From an uncultured delta proteobacterium (GTDB lineage: Bacteria; Myxococcota_A; Polyangia; Palsa-1104): 64,000 nt of DNA. The notes under the pieces were generated by a model. That model was given only the letters and a program-made list of their open reading frames with translations, did no database searches and was not told the origin of the DNA. Positions 8,388-19,982 of this stretch are shown here, piece by piece; position 1 is the first letter of the stretch, and each line of letters begins with the position of its first letter. Both the position numbers and the translations under genes were made by a program. The DNA is taken from the NCBI GenBank assembly GCA_963785725.1, contig CAWAWS010000016.1:288001-352000 (forward strand). Direction: 5' to 3'.

Positions 8388-10656
8388 GGATAGCGCTTGC
8401 GCATCAGATACGAGACGGCGTCACGCGAGCAGCTGTCGCAGTAGCCGAACTTCTCCCGCATGTTGCGGATGGTCGTCTCGACGCGCTCGAACGCCTCTTT
8501 GTCGATGCGCGTGCGCATCTTGTCGGCGCCGTCGGTGAGGTACTGCAAGACCTCGTCGATCGTCTTCTTGACGATCTTCTTGCGCTGCTCGAAGTAGGCC
8601 TCGCGCAGCTGCTGCAGCTGCCGCGGAAACACGCCGCGCGTACTCGATCTTCTGCCCCGGATGATCGATCGACCAAGACGCGATGCGGCCGATCACCTCG
8701 TGCCGGAAGTCGTCGCGCTTCTGCCCGGTGCCGAGCGTGCGCTCGACCTCGGTCATCATGTCCTCGTCGGGATCTTCGAGCCGCCCGGTCGACGCGTTGC
8801 GCAGCTTTTCCTTCTTCGTCCAGTGCGAGACGTGCGTGATGTACTTCGTCAGCAGATCCAGATACTGCCGCTCGTCGACGAGCCCCATCGACGACGCGCA
8901 CCTCGTCGTCGACCTTGTCGAGGAACTTCTCGCGCACGACGACGATGAACTTCTTGTTCTCGTGATAGCCGCCGGGCAGCGGCTCCTGCTTCAAGAACTC
9001 GTAGACGGTGACGTTCTTGACCAGCTCTTCCATCTCTTCGAACACCGCCAGCGGCGACACGCAGGCGTACTTCGGGTTCTGCGCGGCGTTGAGGAGCAGC
9101 ACCTTGATCTCGCGCGGGCTGGCGCCGGTGCGCCCTTCGTAGTTCGGATAGGCGTCCGACTCGCCCCAGATCTTGTCGATGTTGCCGAGCAGCTCTTTGG
9201 TCTGCTCGGCGTTAAGCCCGTCGGGCGCGCGGCCGTGCGCGTAGAGCTCGGCCTTCTCGATCGGCGTCAGCTTCGCCACCATGTCGGCCAGGCCCTTCGG
9301 ATACTTCTCCGGCAGCGGCTTGCGCATGCGCGTCAGCGTCGACCACAGCGCCGCGACGTAGGCGGTGTGCGGCGCGATGTGCTTGCCGACGCCCGAGCCC
9401 GAGACCTGCTCTTCGTAGATGTGCCGCTCGACCTCGTAGTCGAGCAGATAGGGCACGCGAATCAGCTCGAGCCGCCCTTTGAACGACTGGAACTCGGGCA
9501 CCTCTTTGAACACCGCCAGATGCGACTCGTTCGACGAGCCGATGAAGAACTCGTCGAGGAAGAGGATCGTATTCTGCATCGGCACTTCGCCGTGCTCGAC
9601 GGTGCCGAGCAGATATTTGTAGGCTTCGAGCGGCCGCTTCAAGAGGTCGGCGTACTCGATGATGCCGCGGTTGGCGTCGACCAGCTCGCCCGAGTATTCG
9701 AACAGCGACAGTCGACTGCAGCGCCGGCGGCAGCGCGGCCAGCGAGCGATCCATCGTCAGCTGCCGGCCGGCGCGCGTCGACGGCGAGCTGCGGCTCGAC
9801 GGTCACCGCCGCGTTGCGATAGCGCCGCGCGATGTAGAAGCGCTCGACCTGCACGTGGCGCAGCACCTTCAGATAATCGCCCTTGTAGGCGACGAGCAGC
9901 GCCTCGAAGATCTGCTTGTTCTTGTGCCCGAGATCGCCGAAGCGGATGTAGTCGCTGGCGTCGAACGGCTTGCCGCGCAGCTTCTCGTCGAGCAGCTGCT
10001 GCCGCTTCTTCGCCGGAATCAGCAAGAGCGGGTTGTCGCGCAGCTCGTCGACCAGCTTGGCGTCGATGAGCTCGTCGTCGAGATAGGCGAAGCTGTCGAC
10101 GGCGCGGCCGTCGCCGTAACCGGTGGCGGCGCCGGGAAAGCCGGAGAAGCCCATGCCGCTCTTTTGCAGCTTGGCCGACGGGAAGATCCAGTTGAAGCGA
10201 TAGACGCGCGCCTTCGTCGAGCGTCGAATAATACTCGAGCGCGCGCACCAGGCAGGACACGAACGTCGACTTGGCCGAGCCGTTCGGGCCCGTGCAGCAG
10301 CGAGCAGCTTGTTGACCGCGCCTTCGCGCACGAAGTTCGACAAGCACGCGATAGACGCGCGCCTGCACCTCTTCTTGGCCGATGAGCCGATCGCGGCCGC
10401 CGTCGAAGGGCAGGTCGAACAGCTTCCAGCGCGGCAGCATTCCGCGCGGCGTCTTGACCTCGTAGGTGCCGAAGTAATCGAAGACGTCTTTTAGATATTG
10501 GGCGACGTTGCGGGCGTACTGCTCGGGCTTGGCCTGGAACAGACCGTAGAATTCGTCGAACGACATGACGCGCTTGTTGCGCGTGTAGCCGTCGCGCACT
10601 TCCTGACCGATCTGCGCCAGGGAGCCCGTGGGCGCTTCATCGTCGGGGGGTGTCAT
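8384..10656 (-). CDS. prkA: PrkA/YeaG-family AAA+ serine protein kinase, broken by about seven frameshifts (artefact or pseudogene)
   Basis: Consecutive fragments in shifting frames: GPNGSAKS (Walker A), ANRGIIEYADLLKRP, GSSNE, YEGRTGASPREI, GYCDSC. Confidence 0.85.
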
Positions 10657-10677
10657 GCCCCGATTGTACGCGCGGGA

Positions 10678-11106
10678 TTATCGGACGTCGATCTCGAAGC
10701 TGACCGGCGACTTCTTGGGATCGCACGAGTTGGCGCTGCAGACGGCGAACTTGAGCTCGCCGGTGACGATCTGCTTGCCCGGCTTGGCGGCCGTGTAGGC
10801 GACGTCGAACTGCGCCTCGCGCTCCTCGAACTTGGCGGCATCCTTGGCCGTCAGCTTGGCCTTTTCCAGCGTCACGCCTTCGGGCGGGCTCAACGCCAGT
10901 GACGTGGGATACTCCTTGTTCATGTGAAAGCCGACGCCGGGCGTAATCTTGAGATGGGCGACGGCGTGCTCGCCCTTCTTCGCCGCCGGTGACTCGACCT
11001 TGAGCGCGTAGCTGGCGTCGCTGTGCGCCGTGGACGACTGCGCCGACACCAGCGGCGACAGGAAGAGAGAACCGACGGTAATGCCGAACAGAGACAGCTT
11101 CTTCAT
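10678..11106 (-). CDS. Secreted protein resembling the DsbD N-terminal Ig-like domain
   Basis: Signal peptide; GFHMNKEYP; C-terminal FAVCSANSC; SD-like GAGG upstream. Confidence 0.65.
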   Translation of the reverse strand: MKKLSLFGITVGSLFLSPLVSAQSSTAHSDASYALKVESPAAKKGEHAVAHLKITPGVGFHMNKEYPTSLALSPPEGVTLEKAKLTAKDAAKFEEREAQFDVAYTAAKPGKQIVTGELKFAVCSANSCDPKKSPVSFEIDVR

Positions 11107-11157
11107 TTACACACCTCGGGGTCGATTGTACGATCGGAACCGCACCCCTATTCAACC

Positions 11158-12786
<1,629 letters not shown>

Positions 12787-12805
12787 GCCACGTGCGCCAC
12801 CAAGG

Positions 12806-15145
12806 CTAACGCGATCGCAGCTCGACGTGGGATTCGTCATCGGCGCGGACGTCGACGTCTTCGCTCACGACGCTCGGCAGCTCGACGAAGATGCGGGCAT
12901 GGCCGGCGGCGACGCCATCGAGGCGAAAGTTGCCGTCGCGGTCGGTGCGGCCGCTGACGGGCGGCCCGCCCGCCGGCGCCGCGCGCACGACGACCTCGGC
13001 CAGCGGCTCGCCGTGATCGTCGCGCAAGCGGCCGCTGATGCTGCCGCCGCGCTCGAGCTCGATGCGCACGTCGCGGACGGTGACGTCGTGCAGCCGTTCG
13101 CCGGCGGGGATGTCGATCGGCCGCGTCCACACGACGTAGCCGGGCGCGCTGGCGGTCAAGGTCGCGCGGCCGGGCGGCACGGCGTTGGCGCTGAAGCGGC
13201 CGCCGACGATCGTCAGCTGACGCGACGGGCCGACGACGGGCGACAACTGCACGCGCGCGCCGGCGGGCACGCCGCCGCTGCGCGCGTCGCCGAGATCGCC
13301 GTCGATGCCGCCGCCGGGCACGAGGACGAAGTGCGCGTCGTCGCCGGCGGGCACGCCGTCGAAGCTACCGGCGGCGAAGTCACCATGGCTGACGGCGACG
13401 TGAAACGGGCCCGGCCCTAAGCCCTCGGCGCGAAAATGGCCGCCCGAGTCGGTGGTGAACCAGCGCGGCGCCGCGGCTTTGGCGCGCGGCCCGGGCGGCG
13501 GCCCCGGCATGACGACCTCGACGCGCGCAGCCGACACCGGCGCGCCGCGATCGTCGACGACATCGCCGGCCAAGTGCCCGTCGGCCTGGCGCAACGTCAC
13601 ATCGATCGGCCCGCGCTCCGACGGCGAAGTGGCGCGCGTCGTCGGCAGAAAGCCGCTCGCGTGCACCGCCAGCGTCAATGGACGCGCGACATGGGCGAGC
13701 TCGAATTCACCGTGATGGTCGGTCATCGCCAAGGTCGCGCCATCGTCACCGGACACCTCGGCGCCGACGATCGCCTGCCCGCGCTCGTCGCTGACCCGGC
13801 CGGCGAGGCGCACGCCGCGGCTGAGCACCACCGTCACCTGCGCCTCGCCGCCCGCCGTCACCAAGAGCGGCTCGGCGGCGCCGCGCGCGTAGTCGGGATG
13901 GCTGGCCGCGACGACCAACTTCCCCGCCGGCAAGCCGATGACGCGGAAGTTGCCGCTGCCATCGGTGATGAACATCTTGGCGGCGCTCGGCGTCGGCTGC
14001 GTCGCTGCCGGCGCGGCAATCGGCGGCGGCGCGCCCAGCGGCGGAAACGGAATCGGGCCGTGCAGGATGCCGAGCTCGCCCGACGACTCCAGCTGCGCCG
14101 ACGTCGCCATCGATGGCGCGCTCGTCAAGCTGGCGCTCGAAGCCGTGACCGCGATGGGCGTGCCGTCGGGCGATTCCCCGGCGACTTCGACCTCCGCGCC
14201 GGCGATCGGCTGCGCCCGCTCGTCGAGCACGCGCCCGCTGATGACCGCGCCGCGCTCGAGCCGCAGCTCGACCGTGGCCGCCGACTTGGCGATCCGCTGC
14301 GCGTGCGGCGCCGCCGGATAATAGCCCTCGGCGCGCGCATCGACGGCGTAGCTGCCCGGCAACACGGCCACGAAATGCGCGTCACCGGCTTCGTTGGCAA
14401 CCTCGGTGCGCGGCAGCGGCGTGCCGTCGGCCTCGGTCAGCGTCACCTCGGCGCCAGCGATGGCGCGACCGCCTTTGTCGCGCACGCGCGCCGTCAGCGT
14501 CGTCGCCGGCTGTAGATCGAGCAGCAGCACGGCGCTGCCGCCATCGGCATCGGCCGACACGACGACGCCGTCGACGAACGCCGCTTCGCCGTCGCGCCCC
14601 GCGCGCACGGCATAGCGTCCTTCGGCCAAGCTCGCGACCGTGAATGCGCCGTCGGGACCGCTCTTGAGCGTCTGCAAGCCACCCGGGCCACCGACGGTCA
14701 CTTGCACGTCCGCCGCCGGCTTGCCATGCGAGCGGACGAGCCCATCGAGCGCCAACGTGCGCACCAACGTCAGCTCGAGGCCGGCTTGCGGCAGCTCGAT
14801 GCCGTGCAGCTCGACCGCGCCGAACCCAGCCGCTTCCGCGCGCACATTGACGCGCGCCGGCGCCGTCAGCGTCAGCGCGTAGCGGCCGTCCGCGTCGCTC
14901 GTCGCCACCGTCCAGCCGTGCAGGTCGCCGCGCTCCGGCACCGCCGACACCCGCGCGCCGCCGACCGGCCGGCCGACGCGATCGACCACCCGACCGGCCA
15001 AGCGCGCATCGGCGTGCAGCTGAACGCTCGGTCCGACGCGCGAACGCCGGCTGAAGTGACGCACGGCGATCGTCCCAGCGACGACGAGGACGAGCGCGCC
15101 GGCGCCGATCGCCCACTGGACGCGCCGGCTGACCGGCTTCATCAT
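12806..15145 (-). CDS. Membrane-anchored protein with multiple carboxypeptidase-regulatory-like (prealbumin-fold) repeats
   Basis: N-terminal TM; repeated GRVxD..G.P..GA.V and TD..G.F motifs. Confidence 0.8.
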   Translation of the reverse strand: MMKPVSRRVQWAIGAGALVLVVAGTIAVRHFSRRSRVGPSVQLHADARLAGRVVDRVGRPVGGARVSAVPERGDLHGWTVATSDADGRYALTLTAPARVNVRAEAAGFGAVELHGIELPQAGLELTLVRTLALDGLVRSHGKPAADVQVTVGGPGGLQTLKSGPDGAFTVASLAEGRYAVRAGRDGEAAFVDGVVVSADADGGSAVLLLDLQPATTLTARVRDKGGRAIAGAEVTLTEADGTPLPRTEVANEAGDAHFVAVLPGSYAVDARAEGYYPAAPHAQRIAKSAATVELRLERGAVISGRVLDERAQPIAGAEVEVAGESPDGTPIAVTASSASLTSAPSMATSAQLESSGELGILHGPIPFPPLGAPPPIAAPAATQPTPSAAKMFITDGSGNFRVIGLPAGKLVVAASHPDYARGAAEPLLVTAGGEAQVTVVLSRGVRLAGRVSDERGQAIVGAEVSGDDGATLAMTDHHGEFELAHVARPLTLAVHASGFLPTTRATSPSERGPIDVTLRQADGHLAGDVVDDRGAPVSAARVEVVMPGPPPGPRAKAAAPRWFTTDSGGHFRAEGLGPGPFHVAVSHGDFAAGSFDGVPAGDDAHFVLVPGGGIDGDLGDARSGGVPAGARVQLSPVVGPSRQLTIVGGRFSANAVPPGRATLTASAPGYVVWTRPIDIPAGERLHDVTVRDVRIELERGGSISGRLRDDHGEPLAEVVVRAAPAGGPPVSGRTDRDGNFRLDGVAAGHARIFVELPSVVSEDVDVRADDESHVELRSR

Positions 15146-15225
15146 GGCCGCGCCCGCCGGCAAAATCGCTTGCGCGACCAGCGACCTAGTGTTAGAAGGT
15201 CCGCCTCTCGGGAGTCAGTGTAGCC

Positions 15226-15417
15226 ATGGCGAATACGTGCGAAATCTGCTTCAAGGGTCGGCTCGTGGGTAACAAGGTGAGCCACTCGAACATCAAGACC
15301 AAGAAGGTTCAGCGCCCGAACATTCAGCGCGTTCGCGCGCTCGTGGACGGCTCGCCGGTGCGTTTGCGCGTCTGCACCCGCTGCTTGCGCTCCGGCCTCG
15401 TCACCAAAGTCGCCTAA
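15226..15417 (+). CDS. rpmB: 50S ribosomal protein L28 (Zn-binding form)
   Basis: CEIC.KG...GNKVSHSNIKTK....PNIQ...VCTRCLRSG. Confidence 0.97.
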   Translation: MANTCEICFKGRLVGNKVSHSNIKTKKVQRPNIQRVRALVDGSPVRLRVCTRCLRSGLVTKVA

Positions 15418-15461
15418 GCTTTCGTTCCCCGAAAGTCCCGCGACACGCTCGGTAACGCCCG

Positions 15462-15497
15462 AAGCCGCATGATCCCCCGCGGGGATCGTGCGGTTTT
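15462..15497 (+). terminator. Intrinsic terminator after rpmB
   Basis: Stem gccgcatgatcccc / ggggatcgtgcggt followed by a T run. Confidence 0.7.
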
Positions 15498-15632
15498 CGC
15501 GCGTCCGGAGTCCGCGCTCTTCCGCCGCCAATCCGCCCGTACGACGGCCGCGCGCCCACCTCAGCCGGCGCGCGACCGCGTCTTCATCATTGAATTTACG
15601 AGCGAATTTGGCGGAGTCCGCCACCGCGAGGC

Positions 15633-16016
15633 CTAGTCGGCAACGGCGACGGCGTCGATCTCGACGAGCGCGCCGCGCGGGAGGCCCGCCACCTGGACCG
15701 TCGCGCGCGCCGGCGGCGCCTCCGAGAAGTAGCCGCCGTAGATCTCGTTCACGTCTTTGAAGTGCCCGAGATCGGCCAAGAAGATCGTCGTCTTCACGAC
15801 CTGGGCGAACGACGATCCGCCCGCCTGCAGCACCGCGCGCAAGTTCTCCATGACCTGCTTGGTCTGCGCCTTGACGTCGCTGCCGCCGACCAGCTCACCC
15901 GTCTTGTAATCGAGCGGGATCTGCCCCGAGCAGAACAGCAAGTTGCCGGCCTTGATGGCCTGCGAATAGGGGCCGATCGCCTTGGGTGCCTCGTCGCTGT
16001 GCACGGCTTTGCGCAT
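15633..16016 (-). CDS. ridA: RidA-family reactive intermediate/imine deaminase
   Basis: APKAIGPYSQA, CSGQIP, VVKTTIFL, PPARATVQV..LP..ALVEID. Confidence 0.95.
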   Translation of the reverse strand: MRKAVHSDEAPKAIGPYSQAIKAGNLLFCSGQIPLDYKTGELVGGSDVKAQTKQVMENLRAVLQAGGSSFAQVVKTTIFLADLGHFKDVNEIYGGYFSEAPPARATVQVAGLPRGALVEIDAVAVAD

Positions 16017-16037
16017 GGGCGGCGTTATATCACATTG

Positions 16038-18386
16038 CTACTTCTTGCCGAACGCGGCCGCGAACGGATTGTTGAACGGCTTATTGCCCGGCGGCGGCGA
16101 CTTCGGCGGCGGCGGCGATTGCGGCCGCGGCGAGCCCGGCGCGCGCTGCGGCGTCGACTTCGGCTGCTGCGCGTAGGCCGGCAGCTTCTCGTTCGACGGC
16201 TGTTGCTGCGGCTTGGAGACCGGCGCGGTCGCCTGCTTCACGCTGAGCCCGATGCGCTTGCGCTCGACGTCGACCTTGATGACCTTGACCTTGACGCGAT
16301 CGCCGACCTTGGCGACCTCGGCCGGATCCTTGACGAAGCGATGGGCCAATTCCGAGACGTGGACGAGGCCGTCCTGATGCACGCCGACGTCGACGAACGC
16401 GCCGAACTGCGTGACGTTGGTGACGACGCCATTCAAGACCATGCCCTCTTTGACGTGGTCGAACTCGGTGACGGTCGGGTCGAAGCCGACGGCCTCGAAC
16501 TCGGCGCGCGGATCGCGGCCGGGCTTGGCGAGCTCGCCGACGATGTCTTTGAGCGTCGGTAGACCGCGCCGATCGTCGACGTATTTGGCGATCTCGATCT
16601 TCTTCAGCATCTCCGCATGGCCGACGAGCCCGAGCACGTCGACGCCGAGATCCTTCGCCATCTTCTCGACGACGTCGTAGCTCTCCGGATGCACCGACGA
16701 GTTGTCGAGCGGATTGCCGCCGCCGCGCACGCGCAAGAAGCCGGCCGCCTGCTCGAACGCCTTGGCGCCGAGGCGCGGCACCTCCATCAGCGCCGCGCGC
16801 GACTTGAACGCGCCCTTCGACGCGCGATGCGTGACGATGTTCTTGGCCAGCGTCTCGCCGACGCCGGCGACATATTGCAGGAGCTTGACCGAGGCCGTGT
16901 TGACGTCGACGCCGACCGCGTTCACGCAGCTCTCGACGACGGTATCGAGCGCCTTCTTGAGCGTCCCTTGATGCACGTCGTGCTGGTACTGCCCGACGCC
17001 GATCGACTTGGGATCGATCTTCACCAGCTCCGCCAGCGGATCTTGCAAGCGACGCCCGATCGACACCGCGCCGCGCACGGTCACGTCCTCGTTCGGCAGC
17101 TCCTCGCGCGCCACTTCCGACGCCGAATAGACCGACGCGCCCGCCTCGTTGACCGGGATGACCTGAATCGCCGCGCTCAATTTGCCGTCGCTGACGAGCT
17201 TGCGGATGAACGTCTCGGTCTCGCGGCCGGCGGTGCCGTTGCCGATGGCGATCGACTCGATGCGGTACTTCTTGCACAGCTCCTCGATCGTGCGGCCGGC
17301 TTCGGCGACCTTGTGCTCCGACATCGTCGGGAACACGACGTCGTGCGTCTGCAAGTCGCCCTTCTCGTCGACGACGGCCACTTTGCAGCCGGTGCGAAAG
17401 CCGGGATCGATCGCGAGGACGCGCTTGCCACCGAGCGGCGCCTGCAACAGAAGTGCGCGTAAGTTGTCGGCAAACACCTTGATGGCGTCGGCATCGGCGC
17501 GATCTTTGAGGACCAGCCGCACATCGACTTCGATCGACGTCTTGAGCAGGCGATCGTAAGCGTCGTCGACGGCGAGCTTGAGCTCGGGCGCGAACGTCGC
17601 TTGCGGCGCCACGATCACGTGATGACGCACTTGCGTCTTGGCGGCGTCGGCGTCGACCTCGAGACCGACGCGCAAGAAGCCCTCGGCCTCGCCGCGCCGC
17701 AGCGCCAGCAAGCGATGCGACGGGATGGCCGCGGCCTTCTCGCTGAAGTTGAAGTAGTCCTTGAACTTCGCGCCCTCTTCTTCTTTGCCGGCGATGGCCG
17801 CGCCGAGGAGGATGCCGTCGCTCAGCGCCTGCTCGCGCAAGGCCGCGCGCACTTCGGCGCGCTCCGCGACCCGCTCGGCGACGATGTCGCGCGCGCCCGC
17901 CCACGCCGCTTCGACGTCGGCGACGCCCTTCTCTTCCGACACGTACTGTTGGCCGAGCGCGGCGCGCGATTCGGCCACGTTCTGTTGCGCCCAAATGAGA
18001 TCGGCGAGCGGCTCGAGCCCCTTTTCGCGGGCGATGGTCGCGCGCGTCCGGCGCTTCGGCTTGAACGGCAGGTAGAGATCTTCGAGCTCCGTCTTCGACA
18101 ACGTGCGCGTGATCTGCTGCTTGAGACCGTCGGTGAGCTTGCCCTGCTTCTCGATCTCGGCCAGCACCGTCATCTTGCGCGCGTCGATCTCGGCCAAGTA
18201 GACGCGACGCTCTTCAATGGTGCCGATCTGCACCTCGTCGAGGTTGCCCGTCTGCTCCTTGCGATAGCGAGAGATGAACGGGATGGTGGCGCCGTCGGTC
18301 AGAAGCGCGACGGTGCGTTCGACCTGCGCCGGCTGGATGCCGAGCTCGGCGGCGATCGTGGATGCGTGGTGGTAGGCTGTCGTCAT
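16038..18386 (-). CDS. tex: Tex-family RNA-binding transcriptional accessory protein (S1 domain)
   Basis: GATIPFISRYRKE.TG, IDPGFRTGCK, IGNGTAGRET, NEAGASVYSAS, SIGVGQYQHD, C-terminal S1 domain. Confidence 0.97.
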   Translation of the reverse strand: MTTAYHHASTIAAELGIQPAQVERTVALLTDGATIPFISRYRKEQTGNLDEVQIGTIEERRVYLAEIDARKMTVLAEIEKQGKLTDGLKQQITRTLSKTELEDLYLPFKPKRRTRATIAREKGLEPLADLIWAQQNVAESRAALGQQYVSEEKGVADVEAAWAGARDIVAERVAERAEVRAALREQALSDGILLGAAIAGKEEEGAKFKDYFNFSEKAAAIPSHRLLALRRGEAEGFLRVGLEVDADAAKTQVRHHVIVAPQATFAPELKLAVDDAYDRLLKTSIEVDVRLVLKDRADADAIKVFADNLRALLLQAPLGGKRVLAIDPGFRTGCKVAVVDEKGDLQTHDVVFPTMSEHKVAEAGRTIEELCKKYRIESIAIGNGTAGRETETFIRKLVSDGKLSAAIQVIPVNEAGASVYSASEVAREELPNEDVTVRGAVSIGRRLQDPLAELVKIDPKSIGVGQYQHDVHQGTLKKALDTVVESCVNAVGVDVNTASVKLLQYVAGVGETLAKNIVTHRASKGAFKSRAALMEVPRLGAKAFEQAAGFLRVRGGGNPLDNSSVHPESYDVVEKMAKDLGVDVLGLVGHAEMLKKIEIAKYVDDRRGLPTLKDIVGELAKPGRDPRAEFEAVGFDPTVTEFDHVKEGMVLNGVVTNVTQFGAFVDVGVHQDGLVHVSELAHRFVKDPAEVAKVGDRVKVKVIKVDVERKRIGLSVKQATAPVSKPQQQPSNEKLPAYAQQPKSTPQRAPGSPRPQSPPPPKSPPPGNKPFNNPFAAAFGKK

Positions 18387-18714
18387 GGCGGCGGTAGTCT
18401 ACTTGGTGAACGATCTGTTGTTCACGTCGAAAATTCGCGAAACGGCGGCGCAGCTGGGGCTCGATGTGCAAGCCGTGCGCGCAACCGCCGATGTGGCCAA
18501 GGCCACGGCCGGCGCGCGCTTCTTCGTGATCGATCTACGTCGGCCCGATGCGCTGGCGGCGCTGAAAGATGCAGATCCCGCCGCGCGCAAGATCGGCTTC
18601 ATCGATCACGAGCGCACCGACGTGATGGAGGCCGCGCGCGCGCTCGGTTGCACGGCGTTGGCCAAGGGCAAATTCTCCAGCGACTTGGGACGCCTCTTGT
18701 CCGCGACCGCGTAA
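18385..18714 (+). CDS. Small receiver-domain-like (response regulator fold) protein
   Basis: VNDLLFTSKI...FVIDL...IGFIDH...ARALGC pattern. Confidence 0.65.
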   Translation: MAAVVYLVNDLLFTSKIRETAAQLGLDVQAVRATADVAKATAGARFFVIDLRRPDALAALKDADPAARKIGFIDHERTDVMEAARALGCTALAKGKFSSDLGRLLSATA

Positions 18715-18731
18715 CCGGCTATGACCCCGGG

Positions 18732-19184
18732 ATGCTCGAGCCCGGCGATCGTGCGCCCGCATTCACGCTACCCGGAGACGATGGCGAGAATCATTCGCTC
18801 TCCGACTTCGCCGGACAGACCCTGATCCTCTACTTTTATCCGAAGGACAACACGCCCGGCTGCACCACCGAAGCGTGTGACTTTCGCGACGAAGCGGCCG
18901 CCTACAAGAAGAAAAAGGCGGTCATCGTCGGCGTCAGCCCCGACAAGCCGGCGACGCACGGCAAGTTCAAGGACAAGTACAACCTCGACTTCTTGCTGCT
19001 CTCGGACGTCGATCACGCGGTCGCCGAGAAGTTCGGCGCGTGGGGCGACAAGGTCTTGTACGGCAAGAAGTACAAAGGAATCATCCGCTCGACGTTCGTC
19101 ATCGACGGCAAGGGCAAGATCGTGGCCGCGCACTACAAGGTCGCCGTCAAAGGCCACGCCGCCGCGATTCGGGAGGCCTTGTGA
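18732..19184 (+). CDS. bcp: Thioredoxin-dependent peroxiredoxin BCP/PrxQ
   Basis: LYFYPKDNTPGCTTEACDFRD, GVSPD, RSTFVID. Confidence 0.95.
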   Translation: MLEPGDRAPAFTLPGDDGENHSLSDFAGQTLILYFYPKDNTPGCTTEACDFRDEAAAYKKKKAVIVGVSPDKPATHGKFKDKYNLDFLLLSDVDHAVAEKFGAWGDKVLYGKKYKGIIRSTFVIDGKGKIVAAHYKVAVKGHAAAIREAL

Positions 19185-19903
19185 ACTTCGGCGAGGCGCG
19201 CTCGGAGCTGGTCCGGCACGCGCGCCAACTGGAGGAGCTGGTCAAGGCGCGCCTCGAGGTCGACGTGCCCGGCCTCGTCGCCGGCGTGCGCGCGCGCGTC
19301 GAGACGCGGCTGCATCTGCAGCCGATTCCCGTCGACAACGATCTCGCCGACAAGCCGGGGCCGCTCAAGCTCGGTCACGTGCGCACGCTCGCTTGGGAAT
19401 GCCCGGAGGCGCGCAAAATCGTGCTGTCGCAAGTTGCAATGCGACCGCTCCTCGAGGGGCTGGCGCTCGTCATTCATCCGGCGGCCAATCGCGCGGCGCC
19501 GATCTTCGCCTGCGATCTGATGGCGCTGCCGACGCGTATCTCGGTGCATGCGGACGTATATGGCGACCCGGCGCGCACGCGCGGCGTCTTCGATGCGCTC
19601 GGTGAGAGCTTCGGCCGCTTGCGCTCACAGTCGGGCCCGGCGTGGGCGCAGCCGATCGGATCGGGGCGCGGCCTGCACGCGCGCGCCAGCTTGCGGCTCG
19701 TCGACGATGTCTTCGCCGCGCTCACGTCTGCGCTCGGTGTCTACCTCGATGTCCTTACGGCCGCGCCCGTGACCGAGAGCAACGAAGCGGCCGACAAGAG
19801 CTTCTTCGAGGCTTTTCACGCGCACGGCCCGCGTCGCGGGCCACTTGGCCATGTGCTCGGATCTGCTTGGGCTGAGCGTTATAGTCGTTTGATTTTTGAG
19901 TAA
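19181..19903 (+). CDS. Ferredoxin-dependent bilin reductase (PcyA/PebA/PebB/RCCR fold)-like protein
   Basis: W...ARKIV...LVIHP....APIFACDL and C-terminal GP.RG.L..VLG.AWAERY...IF pattern; GTGA overlap with the bcp stop. Confidence 0.6.
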   Translation: MNFGEARSELVRHARQLEELVKARLEVDVPGLVAGVRARVETRLHLQPIPVDNDLADKPGPLKLGHVRTLAWECPEARKIVLSQVAMRPLLEGLALVIHPAANRAAPIFACDLMALPTRISVHADVYGDPARTRGVFDALGESFGRLRSQSGPAWAQPIGSGRGLHARASLRLVDDVFAALTSALGVYLDVLTAAPVTESNEAADKSFFEAFHAHGPRRGPLGHVLGSAWAERYSRLIFE

Positions 19904-19982
19904 GGGCGCGTAACCTACTTGCACAGGCGTGCGCGCTGGTCTATGGTCTGACCGCTTCGCGCCCGAGGGAGGATTTCGGAAA

